This document shows positions 20,143-42,359 of a stretch of DNA of 64,000 nucleotides, in pieces (position 1 is the first letter of the stretch; every line of letters begins with the position of its first letter). Under the pieces are notes generated by a model. That model did no database searches and was not told the DNA's origin. It was given only the letters and a program-made list of their open reading frames with translations. The DNA comes from Salpingoeca rosetta (Eukaryota > Protista > Choanoflagellata), in contig JAWQFM010000008.1 in assembly GCA_033442325.1 (NCBI GenBank), forward strand, positions 1,782,287-1,846,286, given 5' to 3'. A program made the translations under genes and the position numbers.

Positions 20143-20961
20143 ATTGGGTGCTGATCAGTTACGCGATCGCGAACAGCAAGCGAGCTCGCAAACGAGGCTT
20201 GGCGTGGTTCCTCTCAGGGGACGTGAGTGTAAAATGGCACAGCGAGGGGGGCGGCAAAGCAACGAAGCCAGCCGTTGGCGTGGTCCCGACTCCAGTCGCG
20301 ACCCTGTTTCGTTGCACGGAACGAGACCTTCCTCCTTTGGGGTGTTGGTGTAGTTGGTGGTTGTTCGTGTTGTTGTTGTGATTGGTGTTTGGTGAGTTTG
20401 CTCTTGCGATGTTGCGTATGCTGGTGGTGTGTTGTTTGCTGGAGGTGTGCTGTGCTTGCTGAGCCTTTGCTTTCAGATGGAGCGCGCCACAAGCAAGAAC
20501 AACAACAACAACACACAATGCACAACACCCAACACACAACACACGGCCCAGCTTCAGCCACACCAACCAAACGACGACGACGGCACAACCAATTCTTCTG
20601 CGGGGTTTGCAACGGTCGTGTGCACTGTTTGCGGGCCAACCCATGCATGTGTGCAGTGACGGTGTGACGACCGCCTACCCATCAGCGCCCTCGCCCGTCA
20701 ATTCGCGCTGTTGGGTGGCAGTTTCCCGGCTGCGATTACTGCTGTGCTCTGCCCCCTGGTTGGAGACGTGCTCCTTTGCCAGCCAACTGTGCTTCCCTTG
20801 CTTCGAGGCAGCCGCCATTGTCACGCAACCACCTCCGTTCCCCCTCGTCCACCCAACTGTCCTTATTGCTTCGTGCTTTGCACACAGTGGCACGGTTGTA
20901 TCATGAGAAAATTGACTTTCATGTCAACATTTTTCCTACTTGTGTTGTGTCACTGGTTGTC

Positions 20962-21103
<142 letters not shown>

Positions 21104-21385
21104 CGTCTGCCCATCGTGTCTCACATTGTCACATCACGCGTTTGTTTAGGTGTTTGTTAAATGTCACCAACGTGCATAGGTGTGTGTGTGTGTGGACTGA
21201 AGGGCGGTGCGCCAAATAAGAGTAACATGTCGGAGGTAACAGAGCAGGAAATACCATAGAACAAGCAAAGGAGAGGGGAAAGAGAAGAAGAAGGCAGAAG
21301 AAGCACACCACGAGCGCCTCCCAGCACAGTACATCAAATCACAGGATATCACACAATAGCACAGCACAGCGGAGCGTACTACATG

Positions 21386-22397
21386 TTACTGGGTGTCTGG
21401 CTGCGGGCTCATGTCGTGCTGGAGCGATGAGGCCGTGGAGGAAGACGTCGCAAGAGACGACTTGGCACCGAGTGCCATGCCCTTTGGAACGCTGTACACG
21501 CGCTGCTTCGCCAGCCCAGATCTGTGTTGTAGGCTCCCCGTGCGGCTGGGCCGACTGCTGGTGCTCGCCGACCCTTTGCTGCTGGTGCTCCCGCCCATCG
21601 TGTTGCTGCGGCTGAGCGTGGTGGAGCGGCTGGCGCTGCTGCTGGACGTGTGCCGCACCAGCTCCCGAAACGCCCGGTCGTCCAACAGGTTGCTCGTCAG
21701 CCGTGGCAGCCGCGTTCCGTTGACAAGCGCAAGCTGGCGCGTTGTGAGCGTTTCCAACACCTCTGCCATTGATCCGCGCTGGATGCTTGTTCCGCACACG
21801 TGGCAGCCGTCCTTGGACGCATCAATCTGCAGGTGGTGGCAGCGGCCCTGGGCGTCGAGGATGGACAGGATGCACGCATCCGCTACAGACGTGCTCCGTC
21901 GCAGCACATACACCCCTGCAAGACAAGGCGTGGTGGGTGGCAGTGGTGCGTGAGGAGGGGGGGGGGTGGAGCAGAGGGAGGCACACACACACACATACAT
22001 ACACAAATACATACACAAATACATACACACACAGACACACACAGACACACACACACACACACACACGCAAGTACGCACACACACACACGCACGCACGCAA
22101 GTACGCACACACACAGACTGACAGACACAGAAACGCACATACACAGACACAGACACGCACAGACACACACAAATACGCACACACCTCCTTGTCTGTGTTG
22201 GGCAAAGTGCTGCAGCAAGAGGGCCTCTGCCTTTGGGCGGGTGAATCCGTATGGGAGTGCGCCGGGGAAGCTGCTGCGCTCCAGCAATCGCGTGTCCTCG
22301 GTGTACGGGACCGTATATCCACCCGCCATTCGCGCCCGCAGTGACGGCTCCTCAAAGAAGCTGTCGCGACACGAGAGGGTGTGTGCATGTGTGTGTG

Positions 22398-22443
<46 letters not shown>

Positions 22444-22623
22444 CGTGTGCGTGTGTGTGCGAGCGTGAGCGTGAGCGTGTGTGTACATGGATGAAGCACG
22501 TACACAGGAGGTACACAGGAGGTACGCGAGCTCAAGCAAGCAGAAGAGACGGGAAGCAGGCACACGACCAGCAAACCACACCAACCAAACCAAAAGAACA
22601 CGGCAAAGTTTGAGCCAACAGAC

Positions 22624-22660
<37 letters not shown>

Positions 22661-24301
22661 CAGACACACAGACACACACAGACACAGACACACACAGACA
22701 CACAGACACACAGACACACACACACACACACACATAGACAAACAGGCACACACACTTCCCCTCCCCCTCCGCACACACACACACACACAGACACACACAG
22801 ACACACACAGACACACAGACGGCGCAAACTCACTTTCCCTGGGGATCTGTGACCATCCACGGGCCAGAGCCCGTGACAGGGTCCAAGCCCGTCACCTTGC
22901 GATACGCAAGCACCCCAGACGAGCCGAGCCGCAAGCCAATCGCCCACGCGCGCTGGCCGGCCTTGAAGTACATGTACAGGAACTTGCCCGCAGCCACGGA
23001 GTTTCCATGCGGGACCATGGTGTCCAGCCGATACACGTGTCTTGACATGTGCGCAGCAGTGCAAGGTGAGATTGTGGCTAAGCTGTGAGCGTTGACAATG
23101 GGTGGAAAGCAATCATGCAGATATCAAGTGACAGAAAGCAAGGGAACGGGGGGGGGGCACGCGAAAGCAGGACGCAACGCAGACAAGCACGGACATTGAT
23201 GAAAACAAAAACGCATGTACCTGCGAATAAACAGAGACAGCGACACGCACACACATACATACACAGATGCACACGCACACACACACATACACAGATGCAC
23301 ACGCACAGACACACATACACAGAGGCACACGCACAGACACACATACACAGAGGCACACACACACGCACAGAGGCACACACACACATACACAGCCACACAT
23401 GCACACACATACCTGTCTTCGTAGGTGATGTCCTCCACGCGGCGATAAATACCGTTGAGAAAGCTGCAGTAGCCATGCACGCCCTTGATGATGACACAGC
23501 CAAGTGCGCCCATGTTGGTGTAGTGGTGTGTCAGGTCGCCAAGGCTCTGCACCGATGTGACTGTCTTCGTTGTTCCCGTGGGATCATACTCGCCTTCATC
23601 GTCACCCTGTGTGCTTGGTGTGACAGTGGGCAGGAAAGCCCTGCTGCAAGCATAGGAGAAGAACAGGTGTGGGGGCATCCCGATGTGTACGTGCGCGTGT
23701 TGATGTGTGCGTGTGTGTTGATGTGTGCGTGCGTCGATGTATGTCGATGTGTGAAAATGTTGATATGTGAGCAAAACAAAAGGGAGAGTGCGTTGGGTGG
23801 AAGGATGTTGAAGAATGGGCCCTTGCGTACACAGTTCACGAGACAGATGTGGGGACAGTAACAATCGTCGTGTGGTGGGTTGGCAAAACAAGAGTTGCCG
23901 CCCCCAAAACAACAAACAATCACCACCGCGTGCAGCATGCAACTCTCAGCGTGACCACCAACAATGCTCATGGTGTTGTGGGACAAAGGTAAAGTGATGG
24001 CAATCAATGGCGGACAGCGAGCGAGCGTGAATGGAGGCAGGGAGTGCAAGACATGAAATAATGACGAGACACATGAATGCATGCCCAAAACTCACGGTGC
24101 AGGAGCAGGTGCCGTGTCCTGTGTCTGGGCAGCAACACGCGCAGTGGCGCCAGCTGGCGGTCCACCACGGCCACCGCCAGCACTGGCGGTGCTGCGGCTG
24201 CTGTTGCTTGTGTGTCTCTGGTCGTCGGCCGTTTCTATGGGCTCGTACACCTTCTGCCTCCGCTTGGCCACATCTTGGAGTCGAATGTAGTTCTCATCCA
24301 T
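21386..24301 (-). CDS. SH2-domain protein with N-terminal tyrosine motifs and an unassigned beta-rich middle domain; about 5 exons
   Basis: SH2-like segment [15 protein letters not shown]...[32 protein letters not shown]...SMAEVLETL keeps the betaB5 Arg. N-terminus has DENYIRL, KVYEPI, GEYDP and HYTNM. Confidence 0.75.
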
Positions 24302-24760
24302 CAGCGGCAAGTGAGCAGGTCGATTTGAATGGGTCCCTCGAAATGCGCGGGTGGGGAAGCACGGTCACCGTGTGTGTGTGTATGTGTGTGTGTATGTGTG
24401 CGTGTATGTGTGTGTGTGTATGTGTGTGTATGTGTGTGTGTGTGCATTGAATGGAAACAATCAATCAAATCAATGACAGAGGGAGCATATGGGTGAGGGG
24501 GATGAGAAGAGGGTTGACTTAGATAAGGTGGGTCCGCGAACAATCTTCCGCTGGCGAATGAATGCGTTGCTTGTTTGCAGATTATTGTTGCAAATCATTC
24601 ACTAATGGCAAACACTTGCCACCGCTGTCCTCCGCCAACAACAGCTGACAAACAAAGAAGTCGCAGCACAACAAGCAGCACAACAGACAGCAACACAACA
24701 GCACGACCGCAACCTTGCCCTCACTCGACCCCGAACCACGCACGCGGACGATCAGAAACA

Positions 24761-25817
24761 ATGCACGTGTTGGTATCGTATGCTGTGACGGGAGCGGTAT
24801 GTTTGGCATTGGAGCAAGGGCTGCGCGCGCTGGCTGGGCATCAGGTTGTGTCCAGTGTGACGGCACGTCGTCTGACACACGCGTTGATGGGTCCCGTGTT
24901 CATGGGCTGCTGGCCTCTCTTCTCGGCCACTCCAACAACACAAGAGGCGCTGCTGGCCGCAAGCGTGCCGCTGCTCGTCACCCTCAAGTTTGCACTCATT
25001 GGTTTTGGGATCCTCAATGACGATTTTACCGTCCGCATGCTATGTCGCCATGGCGATCGCACAGAAATCCTGTATGGGCCAGTGCAGTATGGCATCATCT
25101 TCACCACCGCCACCGCGCTGTACTTTCAATCCCCACTTGCTGTGGTCTGTCTCATGAACCTCTGTGTGGGCGACGTCATGGCAGCCATCCTAGGTATAAT
25201 AGAGATAGAGGGAGCGTGCTTGTGTGTGTGTGTGCTTGTGTGTGAGTGTGTGTGGGTGTGGGTGTGTGTGGGTGTGGGTGTGCTTGTGTGCTTGTGTGTG
25301 CGTGTGCTTGTGTGTGCTTGTGTGTCAGTGTGTGTATGTGTGAGGAAGGGAACCCGAGGAAGCTCTGAACTTGTGGAACCAAGATAAAGACAAGTGTTGA
25401 CTGCAGTCACGCTGTTTGATGCGGCGTTCATGCTTTGGCACCCACACTTCTCTCTTGTGTCTTGGTGGCGTGTGTGGTTTGACTTCATGCTCCTCACGTC
25501 ATGGACTTCCTTCCCGCATTCGCGTGATGTTTGCAGGTGCTCGATACGGCAAGACGAGGTGGCCGCTGCCTGTCGGAAATCCAAAGACCATCCTTGGCTC
25601 CGTTGCTTTCCTTGTGTCCAGTTTCCCAGCGTCGTGGCTGATGCTGCACACCATGGGGCTTGTGCTACCGTCAATGCATCCGCTGCCGACGACAGCGCAG
25701 CTGGGCGTGGTATCGACAGCCGCTGCTCTTGTTGAAGCGCTCTCGCCCTCAAAACTCGACAACATCACCGTGTTCCTCTCCACGCTCTTCATCTACCACA
25801 CCTTCATCACTGCATAG
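24761..25817 (+). CDS. Phytol/farnesol kinase-like (VTE5/FOLK, CTP-dependent isoprenoid alcohol kinase family) membrane protein; 2 exons (24761-25193, 25537-25817)
   Basis: ARRLTHALMGPVFMGCWPLFS, RHGDRTEILYGPVQY, LCVGDVMAAILG|ARYG, KTILGS, ALVEAL...LDNITV, with multiple transmembrane segments. Confidence 0.88.
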
Positions 25818-26135
25818 CGCAAGCCTCGTTCGCACGGTTGCTGCTGACACACTACTTTTGGAATGCTGCTGTCGCACTCCTTCGCACTTGGTCTTGCTTC
25901 GTGCAATGCTTGGGAGGGACAACACACACACACACACACACACACATATCCATGCACACAGAATTGGGCTGATGCTGGTTTGACTTGCTTTATGGAATCA
26001 AAGTGTACATGCTTACACTAGCAAGCAATAGAGAAGAGTAAACTTCAGGAAGCTAATATCATCGCATGCCATGTAGCAACACCACCCAGTTATAACACAC
26101 ACACGTACACACACACACACACACACAAGTACAGC

Positions 26136-26212
<77 letters not shown>

Positions 26213-26326
26213 GCACAGCCTGGGTTCATGTTGCGAATGACACTGCGATGCGATAGTAGGTAGAGAACAGTAGAGCAAAACACTGTGAACAGGGGCCACC
26301 AACACAACAGCCCGTCACACAACTGT

Positions 26327-26373
<47 letters not shown>

Positions 26374-26410
26374 CTCTCTCTCTCACACACAAGACAAACA
26401 CACGGCTCGG

Positions 26411-29400
26411 TTAGAGCATTGTCTGTGGGCTGGAGCCATTAGCGTGCTTGCGACTCTTCTTGCGCGCCACAATCAAGTGCACAACGGCCTTGGTCTCTTG
26501 CAGATACTGTCATTGGTCAACAACGAGGTGTGCAAAGGAAGACAATCACAGCGGTGAGAACATGAAGCATGGTCACACACTCGTAAACTCTCACATGTGC
26601 GTGTGCGCTTGTGCACGTGTGCGTTACAGCACGCTGTGCGCGTAAACGTGGCAAAGAACAAAGCCAGGTTGGAAGCAAGCGTATCAAGGTGCGAGTGAAT
26701 GATGCAAGCAAATCTCACCGTGATGACATCGCGCGTGTCCATGTACCGGACGTCCACGCCGTCAACAGCAAGGAGCTGGTCTTCCAACTTGATCTTGTTG
26801 GAGCGAGCAGCAGCACCACCGGGACGCACGGAGACAATGTACGGACCAATGTCGGCACTAACGCAGCAAGAAGAGGTGGCGGTGTTGGTGGAGCCGTGTG
26901 AGATGACGGTGGCATTGGAAGATGTGTGCAGGTGAAAAGAATGGGGATGCATCACAGCGCGACACCCACCTATCCACAGTCACAGCAGACAGGAAAATAG
27001 GAGACTTCGTACACACACACTCTCTCATACACACACATACACACACACACACACAGACACACACCCTCTCTCTCATACACACACATACACTCTAACACAC
27101 AGACACACACACATACACACTCACACACACACACTTACTTGTCAGAGTCGTTGAGGGAGTTGTTGTTGCTACTAGTGCTGCTGTTGCTGCTGTTGGCGTT
27201 GTTGCCGCTGCTGTTGCTGTTGGACTGCACACGCGCACAGATTGAGATGCCCAGAGTGTTCTCATGTGCGAGCTGTTTGAAGAAACGCAAACGGCAATGT
27301 ACAACATTGATGCCAAAGTGTGAGCGTGAAGACAGTGAAGAAAGTAGAGAGCGTGAGGACAAAACAGAATATCAACAACGGCTCCGAGCAGCACACATCT
27401 CGTCAGCGCGCACACCTTTTCCAGGCGGATGCACTTGACAGCAAATCCTGGACAAGATTGCTTGCACTCCTGCTCATGCATCACAGCATCAACACGTGAG
27501 GGGGCGGAAATGGTTGGACGGAGAACTGTGAGTCGACAATTTTAGCACATACACACATGCACACTATGCTCTCACAAACGCGCACATGTACACAACAATC
27601 ACACACACACACAATCACACACACACACACACAATCATACACGTACACACAATCACAAACACATGTTACCGCTCACGCAGCGTGAACACAGGCTGTCACA
27701 CCTCAAAGAGGGGCTGCATGTCATCTGGGAGATCTGATTCTGTTTCAAACGACTCATCGGGCTCCTCATCCGTATCCGCTGACGCCTACAGATGGAGTCA
27801 CGCACGCGGGCAAGGCAGTGTCAGTGGCGCCATCGTCAAGCACACACGTAATCATCAGCGGCGTGTGCGGGTGGGCATGTGTGTGTACGTATGCGTGCGT
27901 GTGCGTGTGCGTGTGTGTTTGGGACTGGCACATTGGATACGGACAAGACAGCGCACGCATGTAAGCTCACCTGTGAGTTGAATGACGACGACAGGTCATC
28001 CAGCTGAGCCACACGAATCTGCAGCCAACACACACACACACACACAGACACACACACACACACAAAAAAACAAAACAAAAACACATACATGTATATGTGG
28101 CACAGTGAGAAGAGCGCGCACGTGCGGTTGTGCAAATGCGTGTGTTTGTTTTTTTCTTTAGTTGTGTATGGGACTTAAATGTTGTCATGTATCAGTCGTC
28201 AGAACAGGCAGTGCATCTCGAATCAAACACAAACGCACCCCTGGCGATGCTGGTGTGATGTCTGCAGGCTGAAGTGGAACACAGAAGCTGTCATCAGGCA
28301 GCTTGCTGTCACCCTCCTCGAAGATCTTGCTTCGCGCGCTGGTGGCTGGTGTTAGGGAACAAGCAACAACAACGACAGCAAAACAAAATGTAGATGATGT
28401 CAGCGCTGTTGAACATGGCAAGAATGTCCCCAGACATGTACATGCGTAGGTCAACTCACAAGCATCCAAAAATCGAACAATCATCTCGTCTTGCCCGCGC
28501 GCGCGAGACACGCGAGAGCAGATAAGCAGCTACCAAAGGAACGCGCACCAGCACCACCAGCAGCAGCATGATAGGGTTCGCGTGTGCGCTCACCAAATGT
28601 GACGCGGCGCTTCGGCGGGGAGGCGAGCGGTTTCGCCTTCTGGTGTAGGCGCGCGCCAGCTTTTGTTGTGTCGCGCGTGTGGATGGTGTTCACGCTCAGC
28701 GATGCAAGTGCACCGACACGCGTGCTGCGCCCGTTCGCGTGTGCATCAAAGTCGTTGGCGTCCATGGGTGAGTGCGATGTGGAAGTGGCCAGAACCTTCA
28801 GCTCATCCCGTGGTGCCTTGTCCAGGCTCACGCCTTGGTGCTTCAGTGACAGCACAAACCCAGGCTCCCTAGTGGTTGAATGCGAGGAGTGTTGTGCGCG
28901 TGAGTGTCAGTGAGGGCATGAGCTCGTGCACAAGTGTAAGTGTATGTGTCAGTGAGTGCGTAAAATTGCGCGCACGTGTGTGTGTGTGTGTCAGCGTGTG
29001 CCCGCGTGTGCATGTGCTGCTGGCTGCACTGCTGCCGGACATGTCAGGGTGCAACAGACCTGCTGAGCTTCAGCCGCGCTCTGTCCATTCTGTACATGTG
29101 TTCCTCTGCCTCTGTTTTTGTCATTTCCTCCGTCGTAATGCCATTAATCTGATGATCGTGTTGCAGTTGGGGGCAAGCAGTAGGGAGTGAGTAAGTTGTT
29201 TCACTCGTGCCAATGGAAGTGTACGTGGACAAAAAGGGCAATGTTCAATGCTTGCAGAAACACCCACCCACCCACCTACACAGATGCACAGATGCACAGA
29301 GCACACACACACACACACACACACACACAATACACACACACACACACAATACACACACACACAGCGGTGATGGACAGCCATGACGCACCTCGAGCACACG

Positions 29401-30806
29401 GTCACCGGCGCGAATGCTGCCCTCCTTCGCTGCAAAGCCGTCCTGCGAACGAACACACAAAGGGATGTTGGTGTCGGTGTCAAGGAACGCACTGGTGAGC
29501 AGTATATTCGTGACCGCTCAAGTGCATGTGTATGTACGTGCGTGTTTGTTGCACAACGCACATGTGCACACCAGCCATTACACCATGTGATTTCTACCTT
29601 ATGAACGCTGTGCACATACAGCCAACGCACAGGCGACTTCCGCCCGCCAGCAAGCGTGAGGCCTGCACATCAACAAGGCACGGAGAGGGGAGAGTGCGGT
29701 TGATGTGTGGGTGTGTGTTGTGTGAGCAAGATGGGCATTGGTGATGAAGATGACGCAAGGGGAACGCGCACGCCAGTGGGTGGGACCAAATGAACAGCAA
29801 CTCACACACAATACACAGACTCACAGCCAGACACACACACACACACACAATACACAGACTCACAGCCAGACTCACTCGAACACACACACACACGCGCGCG
29901 CACACACACATACACACACGCACAGAGCAAGTGTACGCACCGAAGCTGTTGTTGAGTTTCGATAGGGTTAGCTCAATGGTGGTTGCCTGGCCGTTTGATT
30001 GTCTGCAGGTGCAACAACAGAAGCAAGTGAGTGGGCAAAGTGAGCGAGACAGGCCAGTCAGGGGCACACAAGGCAGTTTATATCTGCACCCAGTGCACAT
30101 ACAGCAACAAGAACGCAACAAGCACAAGGGACTGTGCAACGTACGAGGCAGGCTGTTGGTTCTTCTGTGAGGCCTTGTTGTGTGATGGCTGCGGCTGTTG
30201 CTGCTGTTGGTGTTTGCCATGTTGGTGCTCGAGCTGCGACTGCACAAGATGCAGACAACGCTCCAGCCGCATGATGTTCTCTTGCTGACTGATGAGCATG
30301 GTCTCTAGCTGATCACATCGCTCCTGTGTTTGCATGCGTGCGCATGCGTGTGATGGTGGTGTGACGGGGGAGTACGGTTTTTGTGTGATACAGTAATGAG
30401 TGGATGTCATGTTCATGGTGGTGCTGGTGAGGGCTACCAGTAAACCTCATCCGTGTGCGCCCGCGCAAAGAAGACCAAACGCGGGCAGGTTGGCAGGCAG
30501 GCACACACGCATGTAGGCGGGTAGGCAGACACACACGGACACACACAGACACGTACACATACACACTGTTAAACACGCGTACACACACGTACAAAAACAC
30601 CTCCACGCACACGCACAAATGATGTCGCCATGCTGTAACAGCTGGGTGATGAACTTACAGCGAGCTGATGTCTGTGTTTCGTTTCCAATTGCAGCTTGCT
30701 GCGCAGGTTCTGAAGCTCTGAATCGTAGGCTTGCAGCACTTGCTTGTCTTGGCCAGACAAGGAGAGAAAACTTCCACTGAAGGCGCCGGAGGAGTCCAGC
30801 GCGTCC

Positions 30807-30879
<73 letters not shown>

Positions 30880-31028
30880 CATCAGCTGGTGTGGCAACGC
30901 ATCGTGGCATTCGCAAGCACACACGATGCACTGATGTATTGCCCACAGCTCGTGTGCGCCCACTGCACGTTGAACCAAAATCTGTACCTGGGCATGATGT
31001 GTGGTTGTCTGAGGAGAGAGGCGTCCAT
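26411..31028 (-). CDS. Coiled-coil plus two-PDZ-domain scaffold protein; many small exons
   Basis: PDZ1: IELTLSKLNNSF|GLTLAGG...LYVHSVHK|DGFAAKEGSIRAGDRVLE|INGITTEEMT. PDZ2: GPYIVSVRPGGAAARSNKIKLEDQLLAVDGVDVRYMDTRDVIT|YLQETKAVVHLIVARK. N-terminal heptad-like exons. Ends SPQTML* at 26411. Some middle exon boundaries are uncertain. Confidence 0.8.
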
Positions 31029-31710
31029 GGCGGCGTCGCGTTGTGTTTGGGATTGCGATGCGTGGGTTCACGCGTCACGGTGCGGTGCGTTCAGTGTGAC
31101 AACGAATAGATACGGTACGTGTGTGTGTGTGAGCGTAAAGGTGAGGGGTCGGTATTGGAGGTCTGGGTAAAGAAAAGGAAGGACGCGGAGGAGGAGGAAG
31201 AGAAGGACGTACACGCGCACACACGAAGGTGAAGCGGCTGCTGTGTTGTTGTGATGTGCGCTTGTATGAGCGTCAACGCCAGTTCGTTAGTTTCGGTCAG
31301 TTTGGGCTGTTTTCGAACGGCACACTGAGTGTCAGGTCTGGGCGAAACTGAACGTGAAGCCGGGGCTGTGGGGTGCTGGAAAGCAGTAGACATAAGGGGG
31401 GAGCAACAGGCAAGTGGAAACGGCCGTTGAGGTACTCTGTCACCTCTTGGAATGTTGCCGTACCTGCTGGTGCCAGTGGTGCTCTCGGACGATGCACAGC
31501 AGAGAGGTGAGGGTCGGTGGTTCTGCCCGGTGCTGAACGTGGAGTCCGTGCTGTGGTGGAGTCCTTTTTTCCCCGGCAGATTCAAATTTCAATTTTAGAT
31601 AATCATTTATGATACCGTCTAATTATCTACAACGGCCGCGGGCGAGTCATGAGCCCACCGCAGCGGTGCCAGGCAGCGCGCTTGCCTCGCAACATTCCGC
31701 ACACAAGCAG

Positions 31711-31782
<72 letters not shown>

Positions 31783-31902
31783 GGTGTTGAGTGAAATATC
31801 CGCAAGTGGCTGCGCACACACTCACAAGAAAGCGCACGCTGGCACGGTAATGTAGTCATGCACAATGCAGTGACTGCAAAACAAGAGGAAAGCCGGGCGG
31901 CG

Positions 31903-40108
<8,206 letters not shown>

Positions 40109-40339
40109 ATCCGTTGCTGTCCTTCGCAGTGTGTGCGCGACAAATCCCAACAAGCAACAAGTGAGTGAAAAGCAAAACGGACACTGCTGACGATGCAAAC
40201 AAGGACTGTTTGTGGTGCTGTGCTTGTGGGCGTTGGTGGTGTTGTTGGTGGCTGGTGGCTGTGTGGATGGCTGCGAGAGCAGTGGCAGCGGGGGCGGAGA
40301 GCGAGAAGCAAGGACACGGGTGCGTGGGGCGACTTGGAG

Positions 40340-41478
40340 ATGCTGAAGCCAGATAGCGGAGCGTCCAAGGACGAAGTGGCGGAGCGATATGCGCGTCTGC
40401 GGCTGCAGCACGGCGACAACACCATCTGCACCCTGTCGCGGCAGGTGTTGACGAGCGTGCTTGGCTACGATCCCAGCGACCAGGAGTCGCCTGTCCTGCA
40501 GGCCTTCCGCCCTTTGAAGACAGGCACACACTGCTCGTTCGCCAAGCGGGCTGTTGTCTGGGCTTGCCATGGCAGCTTTTCCCTGGAGACCATAAGCACA
40601 GGCGCCTGCGGCATCGCTGATGGTGACGATGTGGACGCCGTCGATGCGACGCTGCGCGCAATGGCACTGTTCGCTTCAGCCTGCCACAAGATTGACGCGT
40701 TCGTGATTGCCTTACCACCGGCTTCAACCATCCAGGAGCACGGCAGCAACGTGCGCCGACTCCTCACCTGGCTGTCGTGAGTGGTCGATGCGTATGTACA
40801 TTGTGTCGTGTGTGGTGGTGTGTTTGTGCACGATGTGGTGTGCATGTGCATTGCTTGAGCAGCTGCGCTTTCGTGGGCTTGCTTGCGCTGGCTTGCTTGT
40901 TTAAGCGTACAAGTACAGACAGAGATTGTAATGTCGCTGCTAACGCTTCTTCTGATGCTGCTGCCATGCACAACAAACTTGCACAACGAACCCCTCATGA
41001 CATTACACCAGAGACATGGATCCGTCTGGACGGAGGTGCATGGCGAAAAGCGTGGACAAGAGCCGCTGGGTGTTTACCTTTGCGGGCAACGAGTTCTTCA
41101 TCACCACCTTTGCGCCGTGCTACCCGCGGCAGTCGAGCCGATACCAGTTTGGTGTCAGGGACGCCGCCTTCATCTTGTTTCAGGTGCGTTCAGATGGGCG
41201 TGTGTTGGATCGTGCTTCTGCACTTGAGTCGCTGACAGTCCAAAGATCGGTGTTGCATTTTCATCAGCTGATCGGTGGCTCTAGCTGGCAGTGTCAGAGT
41301 GTTCCTCGCCACCTGGCTCACGTCTCCCACTGCGTTGGTGTTCGTGTCTCGTAGCCCTACCACTCCTTTTTGCTGCATCGCGTTGGCGTCGAGACGTCGA
41401 GATCGGAGACAAACTACACACACCCTGCCAACGTCCGAGACGAAATCAGGTTGGTGTGCGTGTGCGTGTGCGTGCGTG

Positions 41479-41577
<99 letters not shown>

Positions 41578-41873
41578 CTGTGGTCGTTGTCCTGCACTTG
41601 CGACAGCGGAGAACTTTCCTCTCACATGTTCGAATCTTCACCCATCGGGATCACCACACCGACGATTATCACCACCACCACAGAGCGCGGTTTGCGAGGC
41701 ATGGCAGCCCTTACTTTGTACCCGAGGACCCAGCACGCATGCCCAACTGCCACCAGGCGGTGTCTCCCCTCACGTTACATGCACCGGCTGTGCGGTGGTG
41801 GCTGGACACATGCCCACTCTCACGCCACACCTTACAGCAGTTGGAGGTGATGGGCTGGAAGGAAGAGGGGTGA
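40340..41873 (+). CDS. YqcI/YcgG-like protein; 4 exons (40340-40776, 41012-41183, 41355-41449, 41684-41873)
   Basis: In-phase GT..AG splicing gives THCSFAKRA...LLTWLSDMDP...[26 protein letters not shown]...FILFQPYHSF...VRDEIRARF. This resembles the YqcI/YcgG pattern (C.FA, W.F.F.G..FF, SR, FQP..F, IR). Confidence 0.65.
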
Positions 41874-41931
41874 CAACAGAGCAAGATGCTTACGGGGGGG
41901 GTTTGTGTGTGCGCGTGTTTGTGTGTGCGCG

Positions 41932-42020
<89 letters not shown>

Positions 42021-42359
42021 TCGCGCGCGTCTGTTCCCTCGTTCTCTCTCTCTCTCTCTCTCTGCGCGTATTCGCTGCACTATTTGAACGCTTGCTACTA
42101 CATCTCTCTCAAACGATGAAGAAGAAACAAAGTCCATTTATGTTAATCAAAAGCCAATCTCACTTACACAGACAGACATACAAAAACACCCAGCCACACA
42201 GCCACACTGTGCATCAAAGAATGAGAGAATACGATATATGCCCAGGTATCAATGCCATCTTGCCATGCCAACGAGACCAACCATGTCATGACCCACCCAC
42301 ACACCCACACCCACACCCACACCCACACCCCCACATCCAAGGGTGTGGTGCGTTGCCTG

